NCBI GenBank assembly: GCA_033977065.1
Contig: JAXCHI010000003.1
Span: 544,001-608,000 of the forward strand
DNA from: Candidatus Algichlamydia australiensis
Lineage (GTDB): Bacteria; Chlamydiota; Chlamydiia; Chlamydiales; JAJFMI01
DNA length: 64,000 nt
Direction of reading: 5' to 3'
A program made the position numbers and the translations under genes. Numbering within the stretch: the first letter of the stretch is position 1; the number at the start of each line of letters is the position of its first letter. This document shows positions 50,284 through 58,754 of the stretch, piece after piece. The notes beneath the pieces are model-generated. The model was not told the DNA's origin. It worked only from the letters and a program-made list of their open reading frames with translations, and made no database searches.

Positions 50284-50691
50284 ATGTCAGTAAACTATCA
50301 AAATCCTTTTATAAGAGGCTATCAAGATCCTATTGTAAAAGGCCTTGCCTATTCTGCAGCGGGATTTAATGGGGTTGTTGGACTAGCTGGACTAGCGTTT
50401 CAATTAAGAGATGGGAATCGAGAGCAGGCAGTACGAGGTATAGAAGGTCCTATAACTCGCAACATAGGAGAAAAGACAGGAAAATTTGTAGGGAGATGTG
50501 CCAGGAGAGTAGAAATTTTTTCTATTCCTTTTATCCTCAATCTCGGACTAGCCATTTCATCTCCATTTCTTTCAGCTCGAACGAATCTTCTTCTAAATGG
50601 GTCTGTTGCACTAGTAAATTTAATTGGACTATACATGCTTGATTCGGCTCTGGGTTCGATGTGTTGTGGTGGTTCCGATGGGCCGTATTAA
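50284..50691 (+). CDS. Small hypothetical membrane protein
   Basis: GGAGG RBS and TATAAT upstream; ~3 hydrophobic segments; AGFNGVVGLAGL. Confidence 0.7.
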   Translation: MSVNYQNPFIRGYQDPIVKGLAYSAAGFNGVVGLAGLAFQLRDGNREQAVRGIEGPITRNIGEKTGKFVGRCARRVEIFSIPFILNLGLAISSPFLSARTNLLLNGSVALVNLIGLYMLDSALGSMCCGGSDGPY

Positions 50692-50700
50692 GTGTATTAA

Positions 50701-50963
50701 CTATTTTGTTTTTTGATGATTTTATGGACTTCTGAAGAGATTTCTGCAATTTCGCTCAAAATCAAATCTGTTTGCTCGCTATTTACCAGGATCTGTTTTA
50801 AGACCTGTGAGAGTAGCGAGCTTTCTTTTTCCTGATACTCGCTGCTTGAAACAGAGAGGCTTCATGATCATTCAGGGCAAAAGGCAGAGCAACCCAATTC
50901 CAAATCAATAGGGTCGTCTGCTTTTTTAGAGTTTTTACGCAAATCAAAGAGAAGTAAAATCAA
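50701..50963 (-). pseudogene. Degenerate copy of 51444..51845
   Basis: Nucleotide-level match to 51444-51804 with a 4-nt and a ~98-nt deletion; 5' end missing. Confidence 0.85.
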
Positions 50964-51093
50964 AAAGATACAGATTGAAATTTTAAGTAGTAAGTTTTGA
51001 AGAAGTTAATGACATAAAAATCATTTACATTGTTTTCATTTATCAATCCCTTTATAATTGAAGGGAATAAAAATTAAACAATTTGAGGGAAGT

Positions 51094-51409
51094 ATGTCAA
51101 CACAATGTACAATTGCTGCATTTAATGGGCTTGTTGGTTTAGCTGCATTAGGCGCTACAATCGGTGGAATCAAAAAATGGTGGTACTAAAATAAACGGTA
51201 CTGAAAATAAAACGATTGATCTTAGCCGTCGTCTATTATTAGCGGAGTCATTTTTTCTTATGGGAGCGTCAATAGTAGGTGGTCTACCTTGCAAAGTGGG
51301 TTCAAATATAACTTTAATTGGGGGGTTCGTTTCTGGAATGACTATTGTTTCTCTTGCAAAGTATACTATGGTGTATCCATCTAATATCCAACAAGGAAAA
51401 CAAAGCTAA
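51094..51409 (+). pseudogene. Frameshifted paralog of 50284..50691
   Basis: GAGGG RBS; MSTQCTIAAFNGLVGLAAL resembles SAAGFNGVVGLAGL; one extra A in the A6 run at 51172-51177 separates it from the 51164..51409 frame. Confidence 0.65.
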
Positions 51410-51443
51410 CTTTTGGTGCTGTTTTTAGACGAGGCGACTACAA

Positions 51444-51845
51444 TTAGTGATTTCCGATAATCTTATGGATTTCAGAGGAGATCTCTGTAATATCACCCAA
51501 AATCAAGTCAGTTTGCTCGCTATTTGCCAGGATTTGTTTTAAGACCTGTGAGAGTAGTGAGCTTTCTTTTTCCTGATACTCACGCGCTGCTTGGAAAAGA
51601 GAGGCCTCATGATCGTTAAGGGCAAAGGGAAGAGCAAGCCAATTCCAAATCAAATGAGCATCATAAGAGAGAGACTCATCCGAAGTCTTTTCTGTTTCTT
51701 TCGAAATTTTTTCTAATTCAATGCAGATTTCTGAAGTCTCTTTAAGGATGTTAGGGTCGTTTGCTTTTTTAGGGTTTTTGCGCAAATCAAAGAGAAGTAA
51801 AATCAATTTATCTAAAGATTGGGAAAAATGTTTCTCTTGTTCCAT
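51444..51845 (-). CDS. Hypothetical helical protein
   Basis: Intact ORF downstream of hicB with a decayed paralog nearby. Confidence 0.7.
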   Translation of the reverse strand: MEQEKHFSQSLDKLILLLFDLRKNPKKANDPNILKETSEICIELEKISKETEKTSDESLSYDAHLIWNWLALPFALNDHEASLFQAAREYQEKESSLLSQVLKQILANSEQTDLILGDITEISSEIHKIIGNH

Positions 51846-51887
51846 ACTTGCATGATGCACGAGAAACTCATTTTCTCAAAAACATTA

Positions 51888-52271
51888 TTAAGCACTATCT
51901 CGAAATTTCTCAATTCCTTCGTCAATTAGATTATCAATCGTTTTACTAATAGATTTTTTCCAATTTCGAGCTAATTTTGCTATGTGATAATGCCGTTCTT
52001 GCGTAGTGCGGTAGGCAATATTTCCTTTGAATTTTTCTTTTTGAATTGGCACAGGAACAGGTTCACCATTTTTTAGATAAAGATAAATGGCAGCCTCGAT
52101 GGCCTCTTTGATATTTTCCATTGCTTCTTCAACTGTGTCACCATCGGTACAAACGCCTGGTAATTCGTTCACACGAACAATAAAATAGGTGGTACCATCT
52201 TGCTTTTCTGTTTCAATGGTATAGGTCCAATTGAGATTGATATAGTAGTTTATTTCTTTTTTAGTAACCAT
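51888..52271 (-). CDS. hicB: HicB family antitoxin
   Basis: YFIVRVNELPGVCTDGDTVEEAMENIKEAI...PVP...FKG RHH-like tail; ATG 52271 after GAGGAGG. Confidence 0.92.
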   Translation of the reverse strand: MVTKKEINYYINLNWTYTIETEKQDGTTYFIVRVNELPGVCTDGDTVEEAMENIKEAIEAAIYLYLKNGEPVPVPIQKEKFKGNIAYRTTQERHYHIAKLARNWKKSISKTIDNLIDEGIEKFRDSA

Positions 52272-52655
52272 GATCGCGTAACACCTCCTCGAGGGAACAC
52301 TGAACAACTCAGACTTTTTAATAAGGCTCTAAGAATTGGACCAAATCGGTTTTTCGAACTCGCTAACTCTTCAGGAGTTAGCTCCGTTTTCCAAAACCAA
52401 TTTTGCCTCAATTTTTAAAACCTTATTAAAAAGAGCAGTTGTTCACTGTCTCCCTAGGTCCCTTATTTGATAGGGTAATAATTGTGGGCGACATTTCAAG
52501 GAAATATTTTTTGGGTAGCCAGTTTTCCTATAAATGTGATGAGAGCCACTAACTTTTTTTTCAAAGCCCAGTCTGAACAGTATCTTCTCTGCTTCAGGAA
52601 AGGTAACACTGTTTCCCAATAGTATCTTTTCAATAAGTTTCTCAATCTTGCTCAC
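52261..52655 (-). pseudogene. hicA: HicA toxin interrupted by a foldback element
   Basis: LFRLGF...SGSHHIY...PYQIRDL; the likely native tail LEEVLRDHGY* lies at 52293-52261 beyond the insertion. Confidence 0.85.
52292..52455. mobile_element. MITE-like foldback element, family B (164 bp)
   Basis: AGGGAACACTGAACAACT...TTTTTAATAAGG / CCTTATTAAAAA...AGTTGTTCACTGTCTCCCT; inserted within hicA. Confidence 0.85.
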
Positions 52656-52658
52656 ACT

Positions 52659-52690
52659 ATAATGATATCAAATACGATATCATTATGCAA
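52659..52690 (-). promoter_or_regulatory. hicAB promoter and operator
   Basis: TTGCAT-17 nt-TATCAT, with GTG 6 nt downstream; 11-bp inverted repeat ATAATGATATC-N6-GATATCATTAT. Confidence 0.75.
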
Positions 52691-53387
52691 GTTGTTTTGT
52701 AAATGGTTTGCCATAAGCGATTTGCCCACCAGTAATTGCAAACGCGTTGGCAACATTGAGGGAATTTTTGCTACCTAGGAGCGGAATTTGAACAGCAATT
52801 GTGCATTTTTTTAGCATTTTTTCTGAGACGCCATACTCCTCATTACCAAGTACAAGGGTGAAACTTTCTGGAAAATCAAAGTCGAATACTGAGGGAGCGC
52901 CTTTAACGGTTTCAAGCGCAATGAGGGGGTGGGGCATCGTTTCAAGATCGCGCGAGCAGGGGACGATGTGACTCGTTCCCATCGCGGCATCTTGTACTTT
53001 TTTATTGTCGATGTAAGGAGTTTTTTCGGAAAAGTAGACGCTGCCGAGGCGGAACGCTTCGGTTGTGCGCAAGATGCTGCCGACGTTGTGAGCGGAGCGC
53101 AAGTCGTCTAGGTATATACCGATAGGGCCGAAAGGAGTGTTGGAGGGGCGATCACCTTTACGGATGAGGAGGTTGTGTTCGGCAAGGGAAATTTTAGCTT
53201 TTTCGGCATGCTCGTGATGGCGGTTGGCAAATTCTTCGTGTGTGTTTGCAGGTGGCAATTTTAGAAGTTTTTCGATGTTGCGATAGAAATTGGGCTGATT
53301 GTCAACAAGATTGCGTAGGTTTTCAAGGGCAAGCTTGTGCTGTTTTCTTTCTGGCAAAGCGAGAAACTTGCGCTCGGAGAAGTTCAT
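52683..53387 (-). CDS. TrmH/SpoU family RNA methyltransferase
   Basis: LDDLRSAHNVGSILRT, LGNEEYGV, IPLLG.KNSLNV. Confidence 0.93.
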   Translation of the reverse strand: MNFSERKFLALPERKQHKLALENLRNLVDNQPNFYRNIEKLLKLPPANTHEEFANRHHEHAEKAKISLAEHNLLIRKGDRPSNTPFGPIGIYLDDLRSAHNVGSILRTTEAFRLGSVYFSEKTPYIDNKKVQDAAMGTSHIVPCSRDLETMPHPLIALETVKGAPSVFDFDFPESFTLVLGNEEYGVSEKMLKKCTIAVQIPLLGSKNSLNVANAFAITGGQIAYGKPFTKQLA

Positions 53388-54967
53388 GACTTGCTAGCAA
53401 GATATTCTTCAAGCGGTCCGGCAAAGACGTGAACACCATCACTTTCAAAAGCAACAATTTTTGTAGCCACTTCTTTGAGGAGGTCGCGGTCGTGCGCGGC
53501 AAAGACGGCTGTGCCTTGAAATTCATGCAGGCCCCAAGCAAGGGCTGAGACGGATTCAAGATCGAGGTGGTTGTTGGGTTCATCGAGGATGAGGGTGTTG
53601 TGATGAAAGAGCATCAGGCGTGCAAAGAGCAGTCGTGCGGTTTCTCCACCAGAGAGGTTGGCAATTTTTTTAAAGGCGTCATCGCCACCAAAGAGCATTT
53701 TGCCCAGTACGGAGCGAATCTCTTCATCAAAAACTCCCTGTTTTTGTGAGCGCAACCAGTCAAAAGCGGTGATGTCTTGCGTTTTGTCAATGGAGTCGTT
53801 GTGATTTTGGGGCATGTAGCCGATGTCTACATTGTGACCGAGCGCAAGTTTACCGCGATCTTTTTCAAGGTGACCTGCGAGCAGGCGGAGCAAGGTCGTT
53901 TTTCCCATTCCGTTATTTCCAATCACGCCAACTTTATCACCACGATGCACTTCAAGATCGAGTTTGTTGAGCACTTGGTTCTCATCAAAGGCTTTGGAGA
54001 GGCCTTCTGCTGAGATGACGATTTGACCAGAGGCCTTTTCGGGTGGGTAGAAGCGAATGTAGGGGCGGTCAATATTGGATTTTTTCAGCTCTTGCGGTTG
54101 GAGACGATTCAGTTCGCGCACGCGTGACTGCACTTGTGAGGCGCGTGTTCCTGCGCTAAATTTGCTAATAAACTCTTTTAGCTGCGCCGCCTTTTTTGAT
54201 TTGGCTTTATTTTGATCTTCTACACTTTTGCGCACAGAGGTTTTTGCAACGAGCATCTGGTCGTAGTTACCTGGGTAGGTGATGATGGTGTCGTAATCGA
54301 TATCTGCGATGTGAGTCGTGATGCTATTTAAAAAGTGACGGTCGTGAGAAATCACAATCAGAGTGCCGGAATAATTTTTTAAGAATCCTTCTAACCAGGT
54401 GATGGAGGTCAGGTCAAGATGGTTTGTTGGCTCATCAAGGAGGAGAGCTTCCGGATCACCAAAGATCGCTTGGCAGAGAAGCGCGCGGAACTGCAGGTCA
54501 GTAGGGATCTCGTGCATCTTTTTCTCATGGAGTTCTTTGCTAAGACCCATACCCATTAAGAGCTGCTCTGCAATGCTATCTGCGCTATAACCATCTTCTT
54601 CGGCAACAATCTCTTCAAGTTCACCAAGGCGCATGCCTACTTCGTCAGTCATCTCTTGTTCGTAGAGGCGGTCGCGCTCTTCAAATGTTTTCCAGAGACG
54701 CTCATTGCCCATAATAACGGCGTCAAGCACGCGATAATCTGCAAAATCTTCAATATTCTGCCGCAAGAAGCCGACTTTTTTGGGCATAACTACTTTGCCA
54801 CTTGTGGGCTCAAGCAGACCCATCATGATTTTCATCAAAGTCGATTTACCGGCGCCATTCGGGCCCGTGAGGCCGTAACGGTTACCGGGATTAAATGCGG
54901 CGCAGACATCGTCAAACAAAAGACGTGTGCCCATCTTCTTAGAAATTTGTTCAAGTACTACTGACAT
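53384..54967 (-). CDS. ABC-F family ATPase (YbiT-like)
   Basis: Two ABC domains (GPNGAGKST, LDEPTNHLD; GNNGMGKTT, LSGGE, LDEPNNHLD), no TM segments. Confidence 0.95.
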   Translation of the reverse strand: MSVVLEQISKKMGTRLLFDDVCAAFNPGNRYGLTGPNGAGKSTLMKIMMGLLEPTSGKVVMPKKVGFLRQNIEDFADYRVLDAVIMGNERLWKTFEERDRLYEQEMTDEVGMRLGELEEIVAEEDGYSADSIAEQLLMGMGLSKELHEKKMHEIPTDLQFRALLCQAIFGDPEALLLDEPTNHLDLTSITWLEGFLKNYSGTLIVISHDRHFLNSITTHIADIDYDTIITYPGNYDQMLVAKTSVRKSVEDQNKAKSKKAAQLKEFISKFSAGTRASQVQSRVRELNRLQPQELKKSNIDRPYIRFYPPEKASGQIVISAEGLSKAFDENQVLNKLDLEVHRGDKVGVIGNNGMGKTTLLRLLAGHLEKDRGKLALGHNVDIGYMPQNHNDSIDKTQDITAFDWLRSQKQGVFDEEIRSVLGKMLFGGDDAFKKIANLSGGETARLLFARLMLFHHNTLILDEPNNHLDLESVSALAWGLHEFQGTAVFAAHDRDLLKEVATKIVAFESDGVHVFAGPLEEYLASKS

Positions 54968-54986
54968 AATATCCAATTATCTTACC

Positions 54987-55150
54987 ATGAACCTATCCGG
55001 ATAAACAAGTTTTTGTCTTTTTCCCTCATTTTGGCCAATTTTTACGATCTTTTTTCAAGAAACTTTTCTAAGTTGCTTTCAAAAAGATCCCCAAAATTGT
55101 CTCAAAATGAGAGATAAATCCTAAAAACAGCTTTATCCGGATAGGTTCAT
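54987..55150. mobile_element. MITE-like foldback element, family C (164 bp)
   Basis: Perfect 19-bp terminal IR ATGAACCTATCCGGATAAA / TTTATCCGGATAGGTTCAT with nested internal IRs. Confidence 0.85.
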
Positions 55151-55170
55151 AGAGAGAAGGGGAGTTCAAG

Positions 55171-56091
55171 GTGGGAAATAAAAATTTAAATCAAGCAAGT
55201 AAAGAATATTTGCAAATGCTGCAGGCAGTAAAAGATGCCTCTTCGCATACTTTACGCAACTATGAGATCGATTTAGAAAAATTTATTGCAACTCTGCCCC
55301 CTCTAGTAAAATTGGAGAGTGTGACGCCTCGTCAGGTGCGCACTTTTTTAATGGAGATGACGATGGAGGGCTTGGCAAAGCGCACGATTCATCGCCGTCT
55401 CTCCTCCCTCCGCTCTTTTTTCAAATTTTGTCTCCAACAGGGTTGGCTGAACAAGAGCCCCATGGAAGAAATTGGCGCGCCGAAATTGGACAAACCACTT
55501 CCTAAATCTGTCTCCTACCAGGAAGTTGAGCGGCTTTTTGCGCAGCCAGAGACAAAAGAAATTTTGGGTTTTCGCGATCGCGTGATTTTAGAACTTTTTT
55601 ATAGTTCGGGCTTGCGTCTTTCAGAGCTTGTGGGACTGAACCGTGAAGATTGCGATTTCAATTCTCATCGTCTGCGCATACGTGGAAAAGGGAAAAAGGA
55701 GCGCATTGTGCCGATGACAAAAACAGCAGCTAAGTGGATTCGGAATTACTTAGATCACCCTCTGCGTCATGTTGATGAAAAAGAGCGTAAGGCGGAGCGC
55801 GATAATCAAGCAATTTTTTTAAATAAATGGGGAAATCGCCTTTCAGATCGCTCTGTCGAGCGCTTAGTGAAAAACTATCTTCGTCAGAGTGGTCTCGCAG
55901 AAAAGATCACACCGCACACCATTCGTCACTCGATTGCCACGCATTGGCTAGAAAATGGAATGGATCTCAAAACGATTCAAAGACTTCTTGGTCATAGCAA
56001 TCTTTCTACAACGACGATTTACACAAAAGTTTCTACAAAATTAAAGCGTGAAGTTTATGAGAAGGCTCACCCTCGAGCTAAGAAGAAGTGA
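55171..56091 (+). CDS. xerC: Tyrosine recombinase XerC
   Basis: GLRLSEL, GKGKKER, HTIRHS, LLGH, TTIY; divergent from ABC-F as in Chlamydia. Confidence 0.9.
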   Translation: MGNKNLNQASKEYLQMLQAVKDASSHTLRNYEIDLEKFIATLPPLVKLESVTPRQVRTFLMEMTMEGLAKRTIHRRLSSLRSFFKFCLQQGWLNKSPMEEIGAPKLDKPLPKSVSYQEVERLFAQPETKEILGFRDRVILELFYSSGLRLSELVGLNREDCDFNSHRLRIRGKGKKERIVPMTKTAAKWIRNYLDHPLRHVDEKERKAERDNQAIFLNKWGNRLSDRSVERLVKNYLRQSGLAEKITPHTIRHSIATHWLENGMDLKTIQRLLGHSNLSTTTIYTKVSTKLKREVYEKAHPRAKKK

Positions 56092-56104
56092 AAGTGGGGG
56101 AATT

Positions 56105-56204
56105 CGTCTCCATCTCGCTGCGCCAAATTGAAAATCAGCCGCCAAGCCGTATAATTACACTGTCATGGCGGCTGATTTTCAATTTTGCTTTGCGATATGA
56201 AGCC
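56105..56204. repeat. Foldback element between convergent xerC and rnpB
   Basis: Perfect 20-bp IR AAATTGAAAATCAGCCGCCA (56125-56144) / TGGCGGCTGATTTTCAATTT (56166-56185) with imperfect outer arms. Confidence 0.65.
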
Positions 56205-56247
56205 GCTATGCCGCTTCGCGCTTCAATAATATTTTTTGAAAAAAGTA

Positions 56248-56582
56248 GGGAGAGCGATAAGCCGGATTCTGTCGTGGGCAATCATTCATCTAGGGGTCAT
56301 ATCGCTATGACCCTCAAGCGATTTTTGCGGTGGGGCTCCCGGATCCAGGAGAGATTCCCTTTGCTCTTGCTTCAGATAGGGTTTGTCGCTCCCTAAGATT
56401 TCTCAAAGGTGAGGTTGGTACCTGATACCAACGTTTTCAGCCTGTTGCGAAAAGGGGTTTCGCACGGAATGTTTTCTGTGACACTTTCCGTAGCCTTTCG
56501 GCCCCCAGTCTTTCACTGGTATCTGATCCTGTGAAGTCCAGACTTTCCTCCTTGCAAACGCAAGGCGATTGCCTGCTCTCCC
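56248..56582 (-). ncRNA. rnpB: RNase P RNA, bacterial type A
   Basis: GGGAGAGC/GCTCTCCC P1; GAGGAAAGTCTGGAC, GGAAAGTGTCACAGAAAA, CTAGATGAATGATTG, ACAGAATCCGGCTTAT; downstream of cdsZ. Confidence 0.96.
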
Positions 56583-56652
56583 AAAAAATTTAAACTCAAG
56601 CTGCTGCTCCCATCTCTTTCTCCATAGGAGAAATTGGGTAGCAATTTGAATT

Positions 56653-57429
56653 TTATGATGGAGTCGTTGTGCGACGACGGCGACGACGTGTTGGCTTCGC
56701 CTCGTCTTCAAACGCTTCGCTCTCCTGCCAGTAGTGGATACGTGAACAGTGCTCGCAGAAGACCAAATTTTCTCCCTTACGAACGAGGTTTTCGTGCTGC
56801 GGAGTGAGCGTAATATGGCAGCCGCTGCAGGTGCGATTTTCAAGGGGTACAACAACACGATCTTTCTTGTTGCGAAGAAGGCGTTCGTATACATGGAGTA
56901 TGCTCTCATCTGCATCAACTGCAAGCTTATCGCGCTGCGCTTTTAGCTCAGATCCCTCAGAATTTACTTGAGAGATACTATTTTGAATTTCAACTTCTAG
57001 CTCTTGGCTCGAGGTGGCAGTAGAACTAGCACTCTCCTCGATTTTTGCCAAGATCTCTTCTTCAATAACTTTTTTGTCGACAAGTTCAGAGAGCTCGTTT
57101 TCCCCCTGGACCTTTTGACGCTCTACTTGAGTCATTTCTTGTGTCAAGGCGTTAAACTCCTCTACCTTTTTAACAGCAGACTGCTTCGCCTCAAGCTCTT
57201 TCATGTGAGTTGAGAGCTCCTCAATCTTCTCCTCTTTTTGGGAGATTAGGGAAGAGAGCTCTTCGACTTCTTCTTTTTTAGCAGACATCTGCTCATCAAG
57301 TTCTGTACGCAAAGATTTGATTTGATCGAGCTCTTTTTGTCTCTGGCGCTTGACGCGCATGAGCTGGATCATTTTGATATCAAGTTCTTGGATATCTAAT
57401 ATTTTTTTTAATGCTTCGAGGATTTTCAA
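56653..57429 (-). CDS. cdsZ: Coiled-coil C4 zinc-ribbon protein CdsZ (CT398/HP0958 family)
   Basis: IQELDIKMI, long coiled coil, CSGCH...FCEHCSRIHYW, Arg-rich tail. Confidence 0.9.
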   Translation of the reverse strand: MKILEALKKILDIQELDIKMIQLMRVKRQRQKELDQIKSLRTELDEQMSAKKEEVEELSSLISQKEEKIEELSTHMKELEAKQSAVKKVEEFNALTQEMTQVERQKVQGENELSELVDKKVIEEEILAKIEESASSTATSSQELEVEIQNSISQVNSEGSELKAQRDKLAVDADESILHVYERLLRNKKDRVVVPLENRTCSGCHITLTPQHENLVRKGENLVFCEHCSRIHYWQESEAFEDEAKPTRRRRRRTTTPS

Positions 57430-57540
57430 GTTAGACTCCCAGTTAAAGAGTAGTTTAACTGTGAATTTGATTAAATTTCAAGAAGAAAAACTAGACCATT
57501 TTCATCTGGAGTAAGCAGTTGATTTTCAATACAAATATTT

Positions 57541-57930
57541 TTAATTATGGGGGGCAATAGGGGGATCATTGGGAAATAGTACTTTTACACTTTTGAGAAG
57601 ATTTTCCTCTGAGATAGGGGAAAATGAAGCAACTTCTGTAATAGTGCGCTCTCTGGTTGAACGGAGGGTGCTAGAAAATAGCTTTTTGCGACTTTCAATT
57701 TCAGTGAAGAAAAATTCAATTTTTTCTGGATTGTGTCCTTTTGCGTGTGCAAAAATCAGAGATAGCAGAGCATTTTGCGCCGAAAGTCGCAGGTCTCTAC
57801 ATGCATCTGCCAAGTATAAAAGCTCATCGCTTGAAAGTTCGATAATGAGTTTGTAGATTTCTGTAGGTACGCTTTCGTGATAGTTTAAAAAATTAACCAA
57901 GATTAGACGGAGGTGATTTTTTTCTCTCAA
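57541..57930 (-). CDS. Hypothetical protein
   Basis: 129-aa ORF, helical composition, no family recognised. Confidence 0.45.
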   Translation of the reverse strand: MREKNHLRLILVNFLNYHESVPTEIYKLIIELSSDELLYLADACRDLRLSAQNALLSLIFAHAKGHNPEKIEFFFTEIESRKKLFSSTLRSTRERTITEVASFSPISEENLLKSVKVLFPNDPPIAPHN

Positions 57931-57969
57931 CCTAAGAACTAGTACTCTGTAACAGAAAATTTTAGTATT

Positions 57970-58074
57970 ATTTTTACGTCAAAGCCTCGGGATTGAACTA
58001 TCGAAAATCACCTCGTATTTGATTAATACTAGGTGACTTGCGATAGCCCAATCGCGAGGCTTTGACGTAAAAAT
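57970..58074. repeat. Foldback element (105 bp)
   Basis: Perfect 20-bp IR ATTTTTACGTCAAAGCCTCG / CGAGGCTTTGACGTAAAAAT, with imperfect pairing continuing to a short loop. Confidence 0.75.
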
Positions 58075-58396
58075 GGATCCCAAACGTGAAAAGTAAAGCG
58101 ATTGTATGTGATTGAAAAAGCTGTCTAGACCTTGCAAAGTTTTCTGCAAAACAAAAAAAAACAGCCGCGCAAGCGACGTGAAAGGGGCCCCTCCCGAAAC
58201 AAAGTGGAGGGTGGGGAATGAACGCGCGATGCGCTCGATGGCTTCAGATTGGCTTTGAAAAATTGCGGTGCAGGAGGAAGAAGTAGTGCTTTGCACGGTT
58301 TTCCGACGAAACGCAATTTGGCATGCCAAGGTGAAGCTCAAAGGGCAGCGGGGATTTGCCCGACTGTCTCTATTGGCTGTTTTTTTAAATTAAACA

Positions 58397-58699
58397 CTAA
58401 GATTTTCTGTTACAAAGTACTAGGGGTTTGCATTCAAGTTTATGGGTTAGACATCCCAAAAGCAGACTGCAGTATCCGTTTGGATTAAGCCAATTGAACT
58501 CTCTGTCAAATTTTTCCTCACCTTTAAGGAATTCCTTAAATTTGTTTAGCTCTTCTGGGGCAAAAGGTTTGTTACCGTCGAGTTTGTCTATTAGCTGATT
58601 AAGGGTAATAGGCGGGTAAGGTAACTGAGATGTCGTTTCATGCGGTATATCAAGAAAATTTCCAATCATAAATTTACGAAGTTTTAAGAAATTGTACAC
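58397..58699 (-). CDS. Hypothetical protein (uncertain)
   Basis: 100-aa ORF divergent from glyA; no motif. Confidence 0.3.
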   Translation of the reverse strand: MYNFLKLRKFMIGNFLDIPHETTSQLPYPPITLNQLIDKLDGNKPFAPEELNKFKEFLKGEEKFDREFNWLNPNGYCSLLLGCLTHKLECKPLVLCNRKS

Positions 58700-58754
58700 C
58701 AGTTGAGGATTTTAAGGATAGATTTGCTATTATCTGGAAAAAAGGATTGGCTTC

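Noticed and set aside
55171..56091. Tyrosine recombinase as an island integrase
   Set aside because: Size, motifs and position opposite the ABC-F gene fit housekeeping XerC; it is far from the accessory block
56088..56924. ORFs 56088..56396 (+) and 56403..56924 (-)
   Set aside because: They overlap rnpB, a foldback element and cdsZ; shadow ORFs
57979..58488. Short ORFs on both strands
   Set aside because: They lie over palindromic non-coding elements and show no protein-like motif
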